53,097 bases of DNA from Girardia tigrina (lineage: Eukaryota), in assembly GCA_001938485.1 (NCBI GenBank), contig MQRK01183785.1, positions 1-53,097 on the forward strand, in the 5' to 3' direction. The notes under the pieces were generated by a model, which was given only the letters and a program-made list of their open reading frames with translations, was not told the DNA's origin and did not search any database. The position numbers and the translations under genes were made by a program. Below are positions 50,802 to 53,097 of the stretch, piece by piece; positions within the stretch are counted from its first letter, which is position 1, and each line of letters begins with the position of its first letter.

Positions 50802-52114
50802 GGTTCCATGACAATTCGACATAAGACAATTCGACACACGTACAATTCGACACAAGACAATTCGACACAAATTTTTTAATTCGACACATTTTTTAATTCG
50901 ACATATTTTTCATTCAATTCGACACAAATTTTTTAATTCGACACATTTTTTTAATGGGACAAATATTTTATTTCGNNNNNNNNNNNNNNNNNNNNNNNTT
51001 TTTTTAATTCAACACTTTTTTTTAATTCGACCAATAACTAAAATGAAATATTTTCATTATTACTACACATTTTTTGAAACTCGACATTTTCAATAACTAT
51101 ATTTTTAGTTAGACTAATGAGTTATATTAATGAAAAAATATCAATTTAATATGAAAAAAATCAATTTTTATGAAAAAAATGTATTTAATATAAAAATATG
51201 TATTTAATATAAAAATGTCAATTTAATATGAACTAATGTTTTAAAAATGCATTCGTTTACAATTCAGCCTGCCATATTATTTTGAACATAGATTTCAATT
51301 TTTATATATTTTACATAAAAAATCAATTTAATATAAAAAAAATATCAATTTAATATGAAAAAATTGATAATTGATTTAATAAGCTATATCTCTTCCAAGT
51401 ACATCAAGCAAGGTCCAAACACTGGCGTGGCTGCATTGAAATATAGCATTAAGAGCATTGTGGAAACCTTCTCAACAATTTGTAGTTTTTGGTGTCTGCT
51501 CACCAGCAGAATCGAAATGGTTCCATCATTTTATTGCAAACTGAGGAGCCCTACCAAGAGCACCCTTAATATAAGTTGATAAGAAATATGTGAGAATTGA
51601 TTTTTTTTAATATTAAAATGATATTTTTATATATAAAATATATAAAAATTAGTTCATATTAAATTGATATTTTTATATTAAATACATATTTTTCATGTTA
51701 AATACATATTTTTTAATAAAAATTGATTTTTTTCATATTAAAATGATATTTTTATGTGAAATACATATTTTTTCATAAAAATTGATTTTTTTCATATTAA
51801 ATTGATATTTTTTTCATATTAAATACAGAAAAACTCATTAGTCTAACTAAAAATATAGTTATTGAAAATTTCGAGTTTCAAAAAATGTGTAGTAATAATG
51901 AAAATATTTCATTTTAGTTATTGGTCGAATTAAAAAAAGTGTTGAATTAAAAAACTATCGAAATTTAAAAATGTAGAAATAAAATATTTGTCCCATTAAA
52001 AAAATGTGTCGAATTGAATGAAAAATATGTCGAATTAAAAAATGTGTCGAATTAAAAAATTTGTGTCGAATTGTCTTGTGTCGAATTGTACGTGTGTCGA
52101 ATTGTCTGGTTACC
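50802..52114. mobile_element. Foldback-type Mutator-like element with ~500-bp inverted arms and a transposase remnant
   Basis: GGT...ACC ends; (gacaattcgacacaa)n subterminal repeats inverted; spacer 51380-51580 reads on - strand PKTTNC*EGFHNALN....SHASVW (MULE RTNNxxEGxH motif). Confidence 0.85.
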
Positions 52115-52121
52115 GAAAAAT

Positions 52122-52590
52122 GGTAACCAGACAATTCGACACAAGACAATTCGACACAAGACAATTCGACACAAGACAATTCGACACAAGACAATTCGAC
52201 ACACGTACAATTCGACACATTTTTTAATTCGACATTTTTTATATTTAAATTTCGATTAGTTTTTTTCGACCAATAACTAAAATGAAATATTTTCATTATT
52301 ACTACATACTTTTTGAAACTCGACATTTTTAATAACTATATTTTTGGTTTGACTAATAAGTTTTTCTGTATTTAATATGAAAAAAATATCAATTTAATAT
52401 GAAAAAAATCAATTTTTATGAAAAAATATGTATTTAATATGAAAAATTTTAATCCGACATATTTATTAATTCGAAACAAATTTTTTAATTTGACACATTA
52501 AAAAATAATTAAAATTAAAAATTTAAAGTTAAATCGACAATAAGACGACATAAATTTTTTAATTCTACACATTTATTAATTCGACACAGT
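52122..52590. mobile_element. Second, truncated copy of the same foldback MULE arm
   Basis: Begins ggtaaccagacaattcgacacaa 7 bp after the first copy ends; 15-bp tandem repeat at 52130-52220. Confidence 0.8.
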
Positions 52591-52670
52591 AACAGTTAAT
52601 TTTTAACATTTTAACTTTAGTTTAGTTTAGTTTTAGTTAGTTTTTAGTTAGTTAGTTTTAGTTAGTTAGT

Positions 52671-52828
52671 TGTTGGGGTTGTTCCTGAAGTTTATTGGTT
52701 TTGGCGCTTTTTCCGACCGATTGATGGGCAAGTTTAGCTAGATGACTTATTTTTCGGAATTTGTTGTCGTCGTTGTACAATTAGCGATCAACCTAGAACT
52801 GGCACGGACTAGAGGAATCCGACTGTCT
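52671..52828 (+). rRNA. Isolated 28S (LSU) rRNA fragment, not a functional rRNA gene
   Basis: 52794-52828 TAGAACTGGCACGGACTAGAGGAATCCGACTGTCT matches the conserved eukaryotic LSU segment TTAGAACTGGTRCGGACMAGGGGAATCCGACTGT that follows expansion segment D8. The upstream ~120 nt is plausibly D8 (less certain). Confidence 0.75.
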
Positions 52829-52932
52829 TTTTTGAATCGTATTGTTTAAATAGTATCGTATTTTGATCATAAAAAAACTTTAAGCGTGACCGACAAACCA
52901 ACAAACAAACAAACTAACTAACTAACATTTTA

Positions 52933-52976
<44 letters not shown>

Positions 52977-53097
52977 TAAAAAAAATTATATTTTAAGTAT
53001 TTCAGTTTTTCATCATTCGATGCATTCAAATTGTATTCTTGCACAGCCATTGCAATAGCCTCACTCAATGATACATATTTTTTTCTTTAAAACCTCA

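Noticed and set aside
50808-52220. Regular 15-bp repeats as a CRISPR array or repeat protein (VELSC / TIRHK / RQFDT ORFs)
   Set aside because: Tandem units without unique spacers, eukaryotic context and no cas genes; they are MULE subterminal repeats.

Overview
Very AT-rich, intron-containing, transposon-dense eukaryotic DNA with several N gaps. Introns of 43-61 nt alongside TE-inflated kilobase introns, (AT)n at gap edges and abundant mariners suggest an invertebrate, plausibly a planarian flatworm (inference only). Two host genes lie on the minus strand. The first is a complete 12-exon coatomer delta (delta-COP/ARCN1) gene at 36800-50466 that splices by hand to a 516-aa ORF with all phases consistent. 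The second is the 5' part of a DYRK1/minibrain-type kinase gene: an exon at 6198-6871, probably joined across a ~17-kb intron to a first coding exon at 23944-24043; its kinase domain is not in the visible sequence. There is also an orphan WDR1/AIP1 first-exon fragment. The rest is mostly decayed or non-autonomous mobile DNA: Tc1/mariner/IS630-like, pogo-like MITEs, hAT, Mutator-like/foldback, Penelope-like, a LINE endonuclease, a probable LTR and a Helitron/DINE-like repeat family. No intact transposase was seen. The best leads are: a 28S rRNA fragment built into a repeat unit with inverted microsatellite arms, three minimal hammerhead-ribozyme relics, a Mutator-like element with a perfect 10-bp TSD carrying GC-rich cargo, and a Tc1 whose inverted repeat includes the start of its own ORF. 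I found no convincing wholly new multi-gene system. All calls are by eye, without database searches.
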